Positions 53,523-62,847 of a stretch of DNA of 63,768 nt are shown here, piece by piece (positions within the stretch are counted from its first letter, which is position 1; every line of letters begins with the position of its first letter). Source of the DNA: Chloroflexota bacterium (GTDB lineage: Bacteria; Chloroflexota; Dehalococcoidia; Lucifugimonadales; UBA3495). Made by a program: the position numbers and the translations under genes. The notes below the pieces were generated by a model, which worked only from the letters and a program-made list of their open reading frames with translations, was not told the DNA's origin and did not search any database. Where the stretch lies: assembly GCA_022568195.1 (NCBI GenBank), contig JADFFS010000001.1, forward strand, positions 1 through 63,768. The letters are read 5' to 3'.

Positions 53523-54776
53523 ATGGACGACGCTCCGCCCACCCCAAGCGGCCAACCAGCTACCGAAGTAGAAGGAACCAGCAAACAGTGGTTCTCTTTA
53601 GGATTTCTGGCCCTTGCCGAGCTTCTGGGCATGACCCTTTGGTTCAGCGCTTCGGCGGTTATTCCCAGCTTGACCACAGACTGGCAACTCTCTTCGGCCA
53701 ACGCCGCCTGGCTCACAAACGCCGTACAGATTGGTTTCGTGGCAGGCACCTTTCTCAGCGCGTTCCTCAACCTGCCGGACATCGTCAATAGCCGGCGCCT
53801 GTTCGCAATCTCCGCATTGCTCGGAGCAGGGTCCAATGCCGCCTTTGCGTTCTTTGCCCAGGGCTTGGCCATCGGCATCCCACTGCGTTTCCTGACGGGG
53901 GTGTTCCTGGCTGGAGTTTACCCTCCAGGAATGAAAATCGCGGCCACCTGGTCTCTGCGCTACCGGGGATTTGCTGTGGGGCTGCTGGTGGGGGCGTTGA
54001 CGGTGGGCTCGGCGTCGCCCCACTTGATCCGCTCTCTGACCACCTTTCCTTGGCAACAAGTTGTCCTTCTGTCGTCAGCGTTGGCAATTATCGGAGGGGC
54101 AATAGTACTGGTATTGGTCCGAGATGGCCCGTTCGCGGCCATCCCTGCTAAATTCGACCCCAGAGTCGTGGTCCGCTGTTTCACGCAACGGGGGCTGAGG
54201 TTGGCGAATTTTGGCTACTTGGGGCACATGTGGGAGCTTTACGCCATGTGGACCTGGGTACCGGTGTTTTTGATAACAGCGCTGGAGTTACGCGGGCACT
54301 CGGCGTCCCTGGCGGGGGTTATTGCCTTTAGCGTGATCGCCGTAGGCGGTGTGGGCAGTGTCCTGGCCGGAGTGTTAGCGGACCGGTTTGGGCGAACCAC
54401 TATAACGACGGTCGCCATGGTGGGCAGTGGCACCATGGCCTTGCTGGCGGCCGTGCTGTTCGACGCCCCATTGGTCATACTGGTGCCCGTACTCTTGGTG
54501 TGGGGACTCACGGTAGTGGCCGACTCAGCCCAGTTCTCCGCTGCCGTCACCGAGCTCAGTCCTCCGGAATATGTGGGAACCGTCCTGGCGATGCAGACCG
54601 GCATGGGATTCTTACTAACCCTATTTTCGATTCAGCTGGTCCCTTTGTTCGTGGCTGCTCAAGGATGGCCGCTGGCCTTCGTGACCCTGGCTTTGGGACC
54701 GGCGTTCGGCATCTGGGCGATGCTGCGCCTGCGCAGTTTACCCGAGGCGGCTAGCCTAGCTGGTGGGCGGCGGTGA
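53523..54776 (+). CDS. MFS transporter
   Basis: 417 aa with about 12 TM helices. RFLTGVFLAGVYPPGMK is an MFS loop 2-3-like motif. Confidence 0.75.
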   Translation: MDDAPPTPSGQPATEVEGTSKQWFSLGFLALAELLGMTLWFSASAVIPSLTTDWQLSSANAAWLTNAVQIGFVAGTFLSAFLNLPDIVNSRRLFAISALLGAGSNAAFAFFAQGLAIGIPLRFLTGVFLAGVYPPGMKIAATWSLRYRGFAVGLLVGALTVGSASPHLIRSLTTFPWQQVVLLSSALAIIGGAIVLVLVRDGPFAAIPAKFDPRVVVRCFTQRGLRLANFGYLGHMWELYAMWTWVPVFLITALELRGHSASLAGVIAFSVIAVGGVGSVLAGVLADRFGRTTITTVAMVGSGTMALLAAVLFDAPLVILVPVLLVWGLTVVADSAQFSAAVTELSPPEYVGTVLAMQTGMGFLLTLFSIQLVPLFVAAQGWPLAFVTLALGPAFGIWAMLRLRSLPEAASLAGGRR

Positions 54777-54931
54777 TTTAACGCCCACGTCTCGCCATCT
54801 TCGACCGTAACAGGCTCGGGACCCATCGAAGCTGCCACGACGCAATTTGAAGAACGTCACGCTGCAAGTGTTGGTTGACGGCGTAGCGTATCACGCGGCG
54901 CTTAGCCTGGGGCCTAGCTGAGGAACCCTCT

Positions 54932-55462
54932 CTAGCGCAAGGCTTTAGCCAAGGCTTTCACTACCTTGTCGCGGAACCCCGGGGTCGCAAAAGCGGACGC
55001 CAACAGCCTGCTCTTGAATTCAGGGTCGTCTTCGATGCGGTCTTCCAGCTTGTCCGAGAGCTGTTCCAGAAGGCTGTCCGCGGCTTTGCCATCCGCGAAC
55101 ATCGCGGCGACCAACTGTTCCACGAACTCCTGGCGCTGAAACAGCCCAGCAACTGTGCCCGGACTCTCCTCGACGGAGGAGTCTCCGACCCCGTTTTTCG
55201 CCCCGTTTTCTTCCCCGTTTTTTCCAGAGGAACTGTAAATAAACTCGACGTCCTCGTGTACACCTGCCACATCCTCCGGGGTGGGCGCGTGGGACCCTTC
55301 AAACACCTCTATCTCGGCAGCGGGTGGTTCGACCGTGTTTGCGTCCGAACCCTGAGCTGACGTCGGCTCGACCTCGTCAACCGCCGGTTCGGATTGGGCT
55401 TGGACCTCCGGTCGTGCTTTTCTGGACCTTGCTCTCGTCCGAGTTTCAGCCATAGTGTCCAC
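54932..55462 (-). CDS. Hypothetical acidic protein
   Basis: 176-aa ORF with a basic N-terminus, a long acidic low-complexity middle and a helical C-terminus. I recognise no family. Confidence 0.4.
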   Translation of the reverse strand: MDTMAETRTRARSRKARPEVQAQSEPAVDEVEPTSAQGSDANTVEPPAAEIEVFEGSHAPTPEDVAGVHEDVEFIYSSSGKNGEENGAKNGVGDSSVEESPGTVAGLFQRQEFVEQLVAAMFADGKAADSLLEQLSDKLEDRIEDDPEFKSRLLASAFATPGFRDKVVKALAKALR

Positions 55463-55712
55463 TTCCCTCCATCGCCTTCAATCATGCTTCGAGACGCGCA
55501 AAATTACTTGAAGGCATTTCATTCTGTATCAACGGTCTGGCATGGATTTAAACGCGCCAAGCGATTGAAGGGTCACCGGTCTAGGGCAATGCCGGCCAAA
55601 CCCAAATGTGCATCCGCCTCAATCTGACCCGTTGCGGTCCCGGTAAGCGGCCTGGTATGCTGGCTCGGCGCCAAGGAGTTTTTTACCCAAATTTGCCAAA
55701 CGAGGGTGAGTT

Positions 55713-55937
55713 ATGTGCCGGAGCATCAAATTGCTGCGGGCTGCCGACGTCACGCCATCGGACAGCGACATCCGGGCGGCGGCCCTCCAGTTCGTGCGGA
55801 AGATCAGCGGCTATCGCCATCCATCTCAGGCAAACCTGGACGCCTTTGAGACAGCCGTTGAGGAGATTGCCGCTGCTTCCGGGAAACTGCTGGCCTCCTT
55901 GAAGCACCGGTACCCCGCTGCGACTAGGCAAGCATAG
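55713..55937 (+). CDS. DUF2277-family protein
   Basis: MCRSIKLLR....PSDSDIRAAALQFVRKISGYRHPSQANLDAFETAVEEIAAA matches the DUF2277 pattern as I recall it. Confidence 0.7.
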   Translation: MCRSIKLLRAADVTPSDSDIRAAALQFVRKISGYRHPSQANLDAFETAVEEIAAASGKLLASLKHRYPAATRQA

Positions 55938-55967
55938 ACTAGGGCCAGGTCAATCTGAAAACGACCA

Positions 55968-56054
55968 ATGTCATTCCGGCCGTAGGGAGGAATCTGGGGA
56001 CGGGTGGAACGGCCCCACCCCAGATTCCTCGTCGCTCCGCTCCTCGGAATGACA
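55968..56054. repeat. Imperfect palindromic intergenic element (copy 2 of 3)
   Basis: ATGTCATTCCGGCCGTAGGGAGGAATCTGGGG....CCCCAGATTCCTCGTCGCTCCGCTCCTCGGAATGACA. Confidence 0.8.
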
Positions 56055-56149
56055 GGTAGTCAAAAGCCGGGCCGAGGGGCTTAGCACGGGCTTGCCGAAC
56101 CGCTGTTTGAAATAGCTTCTGGCGGCGTGACGCCTGAGCCCGCGTAGAC

Positions 56150-57169
56150 TCAGGGCAGCTTTAGCTGGTACTTGTAGTCCTTGGCTATTCCACGCTCGGG
56201 CAGTGGCGGCTGTGCCTTCGCCCTGTAGCGGTAGTCGGGATCGTTGTTAATCTTGGGGTCGATGGTCCCGCGCAGAACCCCGATTCCCTCGACTTCGTGC
56301 TCCACCACATCGCCCGGCTGCAGAAACCGGGAATTCTCGTAGCCCTTACGAATCGATTCCCCAATGGAGCCGCCTCCCACGGTGCCACTGCCGAAAACGT
56401 CCCCTGGGGCGATGCGGCTGTCCCGAGACGCCCGCTCCACCAACGATCCCCACGTGTGGTACGACGCGCCGCCGTCGGCGTCCTTCAGCCAGTAATCCCC
56501 GTTGACCTTGACGTTGCATTTCACGTGCAGCCGGCCATCGCGCAGGTACGGGGCCATTTCGTCCGTCGTCACCAGCCACGGTCCCAGGGACGAGGCCGAG
56601 TCTTTACCTTTGGCCGGTCCCAGCCCGACGGCGCTCTCGTCGGTTTGAAGGTCCCGGCAACTCCAGTCATTGAAGATGCAGAAGCCGGCGATGTAGGCCA
56701 TGGCGTCGGCTTCGGGCACGTTGCTCCCTTCCCGGCCGATGATGCACGCGATCTCCAACTCGTAGTCCAGACGCTCCGCCGCCGAAGGAAACGGGATGTG
56801 GTCGTCGGGTCCATAGATACAGAGCGGGTTGGAGAAGTAAAAAATGGGCATCCGGTACCAGGCTTCTTCCCGCTGCCGGGTGCCCTGGCCGGTGGCGTGC
56901 TCCTCATAAATCATGAAGTCGCGCACGGTGGGCGGTTGCAGGATGGGAGAGCGCAGCCGCACGTTGGCCAAGGGAATCCCCGGCGCGGCCAGGTTTTTCT
57001 CCAGTGCGTCCCTAACCCTGTCGACGGGCGAGCCCCCCATCTCTAGCAGTGCCCGAACGTCGGGAAGAGACCGGTCCGCGCCAATCAGCGCGCTCACGTC
57101 GAGCACTTGTTCATCTTTGAGGACGCCGCAACGGGGACCGGCTCCCGTGTCGAAGGTCAACAGTTTCAT
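56150..57169 (-). CDS. Fumarylacetoacetate hydrolase (FAH) family protein
   Basis: MKLLTFD..G.R.GVL, YELEIACIIG and GDVFGSGTVGGG. Confidence 0.85.
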   Translation of the reverse strand: MKLLTFDTGAGPRCGVLKDEQVLDVSALIGADRSLPDVRALLEMGGSPVDRVRDALEKNLAAPGIPLANVRLRSPILQPPTVRDFMIYEEHATGQGTRQREEAWYRMPIFYFSNPLCIYGPDDHIPFPSAAERLDYELEIACIIGREGSNVPEADAMAYIAGFCIFNDWSCRDLQTDESAVGLGPAKGKDSASSLGPWLVTTDEMAPYLRDGRLHVKCNVKVNGDYWLKDADGGASYHTWGSLVERASRDSRIAPGDVFGSGTVGGGSIGESIRKGYENSRFLQPGDVVEHEVEGIGVLRGTIDPKINNDPDYRYRAKAQPPLPERGIAKDYKYQLKLP

Positions 57170-57193
57170 TCAGCCCTCACACTTTGGAATCTG

Positions 57194-58003
57194 CTACGGG
57201 TTGAGCATGCCGGTCTGGCGGCCCACGATGAACGTCTCGCGGTATTCCACGTAATCAGCCACGGCGTTGATCAGGGCCTCGGGCCGCTCCGCCGCAATGG
57301 CGTGGCCGGCGTCGTAGACAATGGAATGGTTGCTGTTGGGTATCTTCCCCTTGTACACCCGCGCTGCCTCGGGGGCCACCAGTTGGTCGTTCAGGCCGAA
57401 GACCACCAGAGTAGCGCACCGAATCTCGCCGAGTTTGCTTTCGGCCTCCTGGTCGTGGGTTGTGCCCTTGAGCCGCTGTATCAAGGCCACTTCCTGGGCG
57501 AATACGGCCTGGTCCATCGCGAGCAGGCGCTGAGCGTTCTCGGGATGGGCCAGCAGACGCTCGGCCATTTCCTCGGCAGAGCCGGCCATGGGACCGTCGG
57601 CCGGCAGGATGGTGGTTGGCGAAATCAAAATGAGAGCTTCCACACTGTCCGGCGTTTGCAGAGTGTGCCACAAGGCCACGTTTGCGCCAAAGGAGGTGCC
57701 GATGAGGGTGTACTTGTCCGGCGCCACTTTGGCAACAGCCTGGGCCAAGGTGGTTGCCAGGTCCTGTAACGTCCGGGACTGGGTGTTGACGGGCGATTGG
57801 CCCAACCCCGGAAGTTCGATGTCCACGACCTGGTACTGCTGGGCCAGCGCGTCCCGCAGCGCCTTCAGGCCCAAGGTCATGCCGTCTACCATGACCACCG
57901 CCCCGGCCGGCGTAGACTGGCCGCCTTCCACGTACCGGACGCGGAAACCATCCGCCTCAACGTATCCCTCTTGGAATACCGCCTCTCGCTGGGTGACGTT
58001 CAT
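57194..58003 (-). CDS. Alpha/beta-fold hydrolase
   Basis: LIGTSFGANVAL (GxSxG nucleophile elbow) and C-terminal AGHAI. Size and layout are typical of meta-cleavage-product hydrolases. Confidence 0.8.
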   Translation of the reverse strand: MNVTQREAVFQEGYVEADGFRVRYVEGGQSTPAGAVVMVDGMTLGLKALRDALAQQYQVVDIELPGLGQSPVNTQSRTLQDLATTLAQAVAKVAPDKYTLIGTSFGANVALWHTLQTPDSVEALILISPTTILPADGPMAGSAEEMAERLLAHPENAQRLLAMDQAVFAQEVALIQRLKGTTHDQEAESKLGEIRCATLVVFGLNDQLVAPEAARVYKGKIPNSNHSIVYDAGHAIAAERPEALINAVADYVEYRETFIVGRQTGMLNP

Positions 58004-58036
58004 TCTATACGTTTCCTTCTTCGGTCGTTAAAGACC

Positions 58037-59140
58037 TTAAAGCTCTTTGATTTGCGGCAGGACTTCCTTACCGAACAGCTCGATTTCCTTCATCACGGTC
58101 CGGTGGTCCACGCTGGGCTGCTGGAAGAATAGGTCCACAACCCCGGCGCCGCACTGGTCATGGAACGCCTTGATTTGCTTGGCGATACTGTCCGGCCCGC
58201 CCACAAAGCTCAGCCTGGGAGCCAGGCCGACTATGTCCCCTTGGGCGCTGCCGGCAATTTGGTTGCGTAGATCGAACTCCTCTCCGGTACGCGCCGCTTG
58301 TACAGCGCCCATCACAGTGGGGCGCATCGCGATCGGCGACGCTGGCCGGGACGCGGTCAGGTTCTCGAACCAATCCTCGGCCTGCTTGTCCGTCTCAGCC
58401 AGGTAGATACTGCCCCGGTAAAGGACCTGGTCGGGGGTAGGCTGCCAGCCGGCCTCCTGGCACCAGTTGCGGTACTTCTCGGTGATCTGAGCCATCTGGT
58501 CCACCGGGATGAATGAAATACCCAGACCCCATTGGTGCTCGGCGGCGTATTGTACGGTGTCGTCGCTCCTGGTCGCCACGATCACCGGGGGCATCGGCTG
58601 CTGGACCGGCCTCGGCCAGACAGACACGGTGCGAAACTGGTAGTAGCGTCCTTCCCAGGAAAAGGGTTGCGGCTCGGTAAGCGCCTTGCGTACCAGGTCC
58701 ATCCCCTCCAGCAGCCGTCCCCGGCCTTCAGCAGGGTTCACGCTGTAGGTCTGGTCCTCGTTGGGCGTGCCGCGCAGAAAGCCAATAATGAGGCGGCCGT
58801 TGGTCAGGTTGTCCAGCAGGCCAAACTCCTCCGCTGCCCGGACCGGGTTGTTCAGCGGCAGCAACAAGCCTAACATGGCGATCTTGGCCTTCTTGCACCG
58901 CTCCGCCACCGCCGCCGCCATTACCGACGGCGTGCCCGTGGCAATCCGGCCGGAGTAGTGGTGCTCGGAGAAGCTGATCCAGTCAAAGCCCATCTCCTCG
59001 GCGAACTCGCATTCTTCGATGCCTTCCTGATAGCTCTGGACCGAGGTCTCGGGGTCGTGATAGATGGGCGGGATGGGCCATGTGGCAGGAAATTTGTGCC
59101 TTTGCGAGTACCCCATCGCGCCGAGATAGGATGCCTTCAT
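58037..59140 (-). CDS. LLM-class flavin-dependent oxidoreductase/monooxygenase
   Basis: GFDWISFSEHHY and GRLIIGFLRG. 367 aa luciferase-like architecture. Confidence 0.8.
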   Translation of the reverse strand: MKASYLGAMGYSQRHKFPATWPIPPIYHDPETSVQSYQEGIEECEFAEEMGFDWISFSEHHYSGRIATGTPSVMAAAVAERCKKAKIAMLGLLLPLNNPVRAAEEFGLLDNLTNGRLIIGFLRGTPNEDQTYSVNPAEGRGRLLEGMDLVRKALTEPQPFSWEGRYYQFRTVSVWPRPVQQPMPPVIVATRSDDTVQYAAEHQWGLGISFIPVDQMAQITEKYRNWCQEAGWQPTPDQVLYRGSIYLAETDKQAEDWFENLTASRPASPIAMRPTVMGAVQAARTGEEFDLRNQIAGSAQGDIVGLAPRLSFVGGPDSIAKQIKAFHDQCGAGVVDLFFQQPSVDHRTVMKEIELFGKEVLPQIKEL

Positions 59141-59356
59141 TGTCCCCGTCCTTTGCTTTAGCGTTACACCCTTAATCTGTATGGCCGTGCCCGCGTCGGT
59201 GGGTCCACACCGGCCACATTGCCCGTCACTCTAGCATTTATGGACCGATGCGTGAATCCCCAAGGCTTTCAATACACCCGCCGCGAACCTCTAAACATCT
59301 GTTCCGGGTTTGGCTTCAAGCGGACGGCTTAAGCCTTCTAACAAAACTTACGCCAC

Positions 59357-59467
59357 GTCATTCTGAGTGAAGCGAAGCTCCGACTCCGTCGCGAGTCCCG
59401 CATGGAATCGGGAAATCTCCCTTCTCGGCGGGGGTAGATTCTTCTTCGCTGCGCTCATCAGAATGAC
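59357..59467. repeat. Imperfect palindromic intergenic element (copy 3 of 3, longer core)
   Basis: GTCATTCTGAGTGAAGCGAAG....GATTCTTCTTCGCTGCGCTCATCAGAATGAC. Confidence 0.8.
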
Positions 59468-59514
59468 ACTTGATGGTTTCATTAGAGGCCCTCAAACAAA
59501 ACATTGATCAAGGT

Positions 59515-60234
59515 TCAGGCGCCTCTTTCAGCCTTGAGGAATGCCCTGGCACCATCCAGAAACAGGCGGGCCGCTCCCACCGCGACCACCACGTCGGACG
59601 TCATTTTCTTGCCGGCGGCGTGGACCCTGGCGGCCACCTCGGCCTCAAATTCCTTGACCCTGGGATGATTTGGCTGGCCCTGTAGCCCCATGGACTGAGC
59701 AATGTCCTGGGCCCCGGAGCTAAACAGGTCGATGCCTTCCACCGATAGGATTTCATCCAGGTGTTCCAAAACCTCAATGTCTTCCAGCTGGGCCATCACC
59801 AGAATCTGGGAGTTGGTGTGCTCCATGTATTCCGCTCCGGAAGGGAAATCTCCGTAGTAGGCGCCCCGCCCAGAGCCAAAGCTGCGCTTGCCCTGGGGGA
59901 CGTAGCGGCAGGCGTCGGCCAGTTGCTGGGCCCGCTGGCCTGTGGTGATGTGGGGTCCGGTAATGCCCATTACCCCCCGGTCGAGGAACCGCAGGATGGT
60001 GGAGGGATCGATGTTGGGCACGCGGGCCAGCGGAGTCAGCCCCGCCATGTCGGCGACCCGGCACATATCGTCCAGGCTGTCCGGGGTGAACGGTCCGTGC
60101 TCCGCGTCAAAGGAGACGTGGTCCAAGCCAGCTTGTCCCATCAACTCCACCACTGCGGTGGATGGGAAGGTCAGGCTACATCCGTAGGCCTTTTCCCCGG
60201 CCCGCATCTTGGTGATGACGTTGTTTACTCGCAT
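59515..60234 (-). CDS. HpcH/HpaI-family aldolase
   Basis: VELMGQAGLDHVSFDAEHG, ARVP and QLEDIE. I set the start at ATG 60234 (MRVNNV). Confidence 0.85.
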   Translation of the reverse strand: MRVNNVITKMRAGEKAYGCSLTFPSTAVVELMGQAGLDHVSFDAEHGPFTPDSLDDMCRVADMAGLTPLARVPNIDPSTILRFLDRGVMGITGPHITTGQRAQQLADACRYVPQGKRSFGSGRGAYYGDFPSGAEYMEHTNSQILVMAQLEDIEVLEHLDEILSVEGIDLFSSGAQDIAQSMGLQGQPNHPRVKEFEAEVAARVHAAGKKMTSDVVVAVGAARLFLDGARAFLKAERGA

Positions 60235-60519
60235 GGTCCCTCCAGCGGTCAGGCAACCCGCGGTCAAGTAACCCGTGGGTATTTTCAGGGGATGGTCTCC
60301 CAAAATCGGAAGTCCGCACTCTCGGGTTCAGTTTAGCACGCCGTAACTCATGGTGATGAGCTTTGGGCGTCCGGGGCAACCGCATAGGATGTCGCCCATT
60401 AGCCGGATTGCCGAACGAGCGTAGTACTGTGGTGGGATGGCAAGGGCATACTCGGACTCTGGGGGACTCTGGGCGTGTGGTAAGATTGCGCCGCCAAATT
60501 TTGCAACGGAGGTGCCATC

Positions 60520-61548
60520 ATGCCGTACGGAGGCAATGACTGGCTCGCTTTGACTCCGGAACCCGCCTTGGAACCGGATCTGCCCATCTGCGACCCCCAT
60601 CACCACTTTTGGGACCATCGGCCCCGTAGTATCCCCTACCAGCGGTACCTCCTGCACGAGCTGGCCGACGACATCAACGGCGGGCACAACGTGCGATCCA
60701 CCGTGTTCGTCGAGGCACGCGCGATGTACCGGGCCGATGGACCCGAGGAAATGCGCCCCGTTGGCGAGGTCGAGTTCGTTCAGGGTCTGGCCGCCGCCAG
60801 CGCCAGCGGCCTTTATGGCCCGGGCCGGGCTGCGGCAGCCATTATCGGCCACGCCAACCTGAACCTGGGGGACCGGGTCGAGCCGGTGCTGCAAGCATTG
60901 CAAGCGGCCAGCCCCAACCGGTTCCGCGGTATCCGCCACTCGGTTACTTGGGACCCTCACCCGGAGTTGGAAAACACCGCCGCGCACCAGATGCAGGGGC
61001 AGTTGGCCGGTGACAATTTCCGGGCCGGCGCCCGGGTTCTGGTACGTATGGGGCTGTCCCTGGAAGGTTGGCTGAACCACCCTCAGTTGCTCGAGTTGGC
61101 CGATTTCGCCAAGGCGGTGCCAGACCTGACCATCATTCTGAACCACATCGGAGGCCTGCTGCGGATAGGCCCATACGCCAACCGCGACGACGAAGTGATG
61201 GCCAACTGGCGCAGCGGCATCGCGGCCGTGGCGGCGTGCCCCAACATCAACATGAAGCTGGGCGGCCTTGGGATGCCCCGCAACGGTTTCGACTGGCATG
61301 AGCGGGAAAAGCCCATCGGTTCGGAGGAGCTGGCCGAGGCCATGTCGCCAATTATGACCTACTGCATAGAGCAGTTCGGGCCCAGCCGGTGCATGTTCGA
61401 AAGCAACTTCCCCCCCGACAAGGTGTCCTTCTCTTACAACGTGATGTACAACGCTTTCAAACGGCTTTCCCAGGGCTACTCGGCGGCCGAGCGGGCCGAC
61501 ATGTTCCACGGCACGGCTGTCCGCGTCTACCGGATTGAAGGGGCCTAG
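60520..61548 (+). CDS. Amidohydrolase-2 family metal-dependent hydrolase
   Basis: ICDPHHHFWD, ILNHIGG and FESNFPPDK are typical of the amidohydrolase_2 (ACMSD/LigI-like) family. Confidence 0.8.
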   Translation: MPYGGNDWLALTPEPALEPDLPICDPHHHFWDHRPRSIPYQRYLLHELADDINGGHNVRSTVFVEARAMYRADGPEEMRPVGEVEFVQGLAAASASGLYGPGRAAAAIIGHANLNLGDRVEPVLQALQAASPNRFRGIRHSVTWDPHPELENTAAHQMQGQLAGDNFRAGARVLVRMGLSLEGWLNHPQLLELADFAKAVPDLTIILNHIGGLLRIGPYANRDDEVMANWRSGIAAVAACPNINMKLGGLGMPRNGFDWHEREKPIGSEELAEAMSPIMTYCIEQFGPSRCMFESNFPPDKVSFSYNVMYNAFKRLSQGYSAAERADMFHGTAVRVYRIEGA

Positions 61549-61828
61549 CTCGATGGGTTAGGCCTCTTTCTTCCTGCTCCGGTACACAACCGCTTTCTCC
61601 TGGCAGCTCATAGGTTGGAATGGATGCCGCAGGCACGAGTTTCGGGATATTCGCCTGGACCGCTAGGTCATCTACCCGTTATTCGTCAACACGGTCTTAA
61701 ATACGCAAAAAGATTAGGCTCGAGATAGGTTTGCGTGACTCAGCTACCGAAATAAAAAGCAGAACCTTCTCCTTCGTCTTCGGGTCGCCAGCATTCAGTC
61801 CTTTGGGGGCCTCCCAATCCGAGCCACC

Positions 61829-61870
61829 AGCAGAGCGGCGCCCGGGCCTCCAGCCGGGCGCCGCTCTGCT
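61829..61870. repeat. Perfect 17-bp inverted repeat (GC-rich hairpin, 8-nt loop)
   Basis: AGCAGAGCGGCGCCCGG (61829-61845) / CCGGGCGCCGCTCTGCT (61854-61870). There is no flanking U-tract on either strand. Confidence 0.85.
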
Positions 61871-61939
61871 TTGGCCTGACAGCTACAAAACCTGCGGCTG
61901 CCGACGTGCCCCTCAACAGGTCCCACTTGGAACGCTGAG

Positions 61940-62350
61940 CTACTTGGCGCCGGCCATCAGCGGGCCAAACACCTCCACGGCATGCGCTGTGCACATGTAC
62001 TCGCGGGCTGCCTGAATCTTGCCATCGCGGACCTCGAAGAGCCAATGATACTCGTTGTTGTACACGTTGCCATCGGTGGTCTCACCGTATGACTCGGCCT
62101 CCACCGCGACCCTGTCACCCTCTGCGATCATCCCCTTTATGGTCATCTTTAACCCTTTGGGGAACATCATCCCAACACCCTGCAGCGCCTCGGTGAGTTG
62201 TGCCTTGGTCCTCGTGCCGGCAAACACAGATTTCCCAGGAACGGTGTGCGTGTAGTCGTCAGGCAGCAATGCTAGATATCTATGGATATCACCAGTGTTC
62301 ATTTCTTCAAATAATTTCCGAACCAGTTGTTTGTTGTTCTCCGCGCTCAT
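61940..62350 (-). CDS. SnoaL-like / NTF2-fold protein
   Basis: NKQLVRKLFEEMNTGD...EGDRVAVEAESYGETTDG..Y.NEYHWLFEVRDGKI...REY. I set the start at ATG 62350. AT-richer by eye. Confidence 0.7.
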   Translation of the reverse strand: MSAENNKQLVRKLFEEMNTGDIHRYLALLPDDYTHTVPGKSVFAGTRTKAQLTEALQGVGMMFPKGLKMTIKGMIAEGDRVAVEAESYGETTDGNVYNNEYHWLFEVRDGKIQAAREYMCTAHAVEVFGPLMAGAK

Positions 62351-62847
62351 AAGTTTACCTCCAATCGTTTGGTTACTTGATGAAACCGACACTCTTCGAA
62401 TCGGTCATATGGATAATTTACAGGCGGTAGATGCCCGTCGAATCAGCCAAAAGGTGCATCGGGGGGTGTAATTAGGGGGTGTAGTTGGAGATGCGGGAGC
62501 AACAACCTTATAGCTTCCATGACGCCTCATTGGAGATGGGCCTGCGGCCTTTTTCCGCGACGCCTGCAAGTTTATGGATTCGCCGCTGGTTTTCCACTCA
62601 ACGCCCCAACTGATTGGCCATCTTATGCGGGAGATCTAGGGCGCGGTAAGAGACGTCTTAGCCCCTCATGTTCCCGATGGGTAAAACCAGCATCGCCGGG
62701 AAATTCAAAGCATTCTCTCAATATTGGCCATACCCGAAGACCGTCCAATAGCGCAAATGTGTCTTAGATTGCCTGGGCCTGACGGCCTCCAGAGTCGCAC
62801 TCACGGGGATGCTCAATTCATGCCCCATCCCGTTGAGGACCGGATCC

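Noticed and set aside
56297-57046. 249-aa plus-strand ORF. Many similar 60-215-aa ORFs occur across the window, for example 24572..25147, 46647..47261, 50804..51436, 51624..52226, 10376..10975, 35435..36190, 42783..43397, 48544..49152.
   Set aside because: All lie antisense to or out of frame with genes that carry strong family signatures. They have the Arg/Gly/Pro/His-rich composition expected of non-coding frames in GC-rich DNA.
60328-61509. 393-aa ORF on the minus strand
   Set aside because: It is entirely antisense to the amidohydrolase-2 gene, which has clear family motifs. The product is G/V/H/P/Q-rich with no recognisable domain. It is a shadow ORF.
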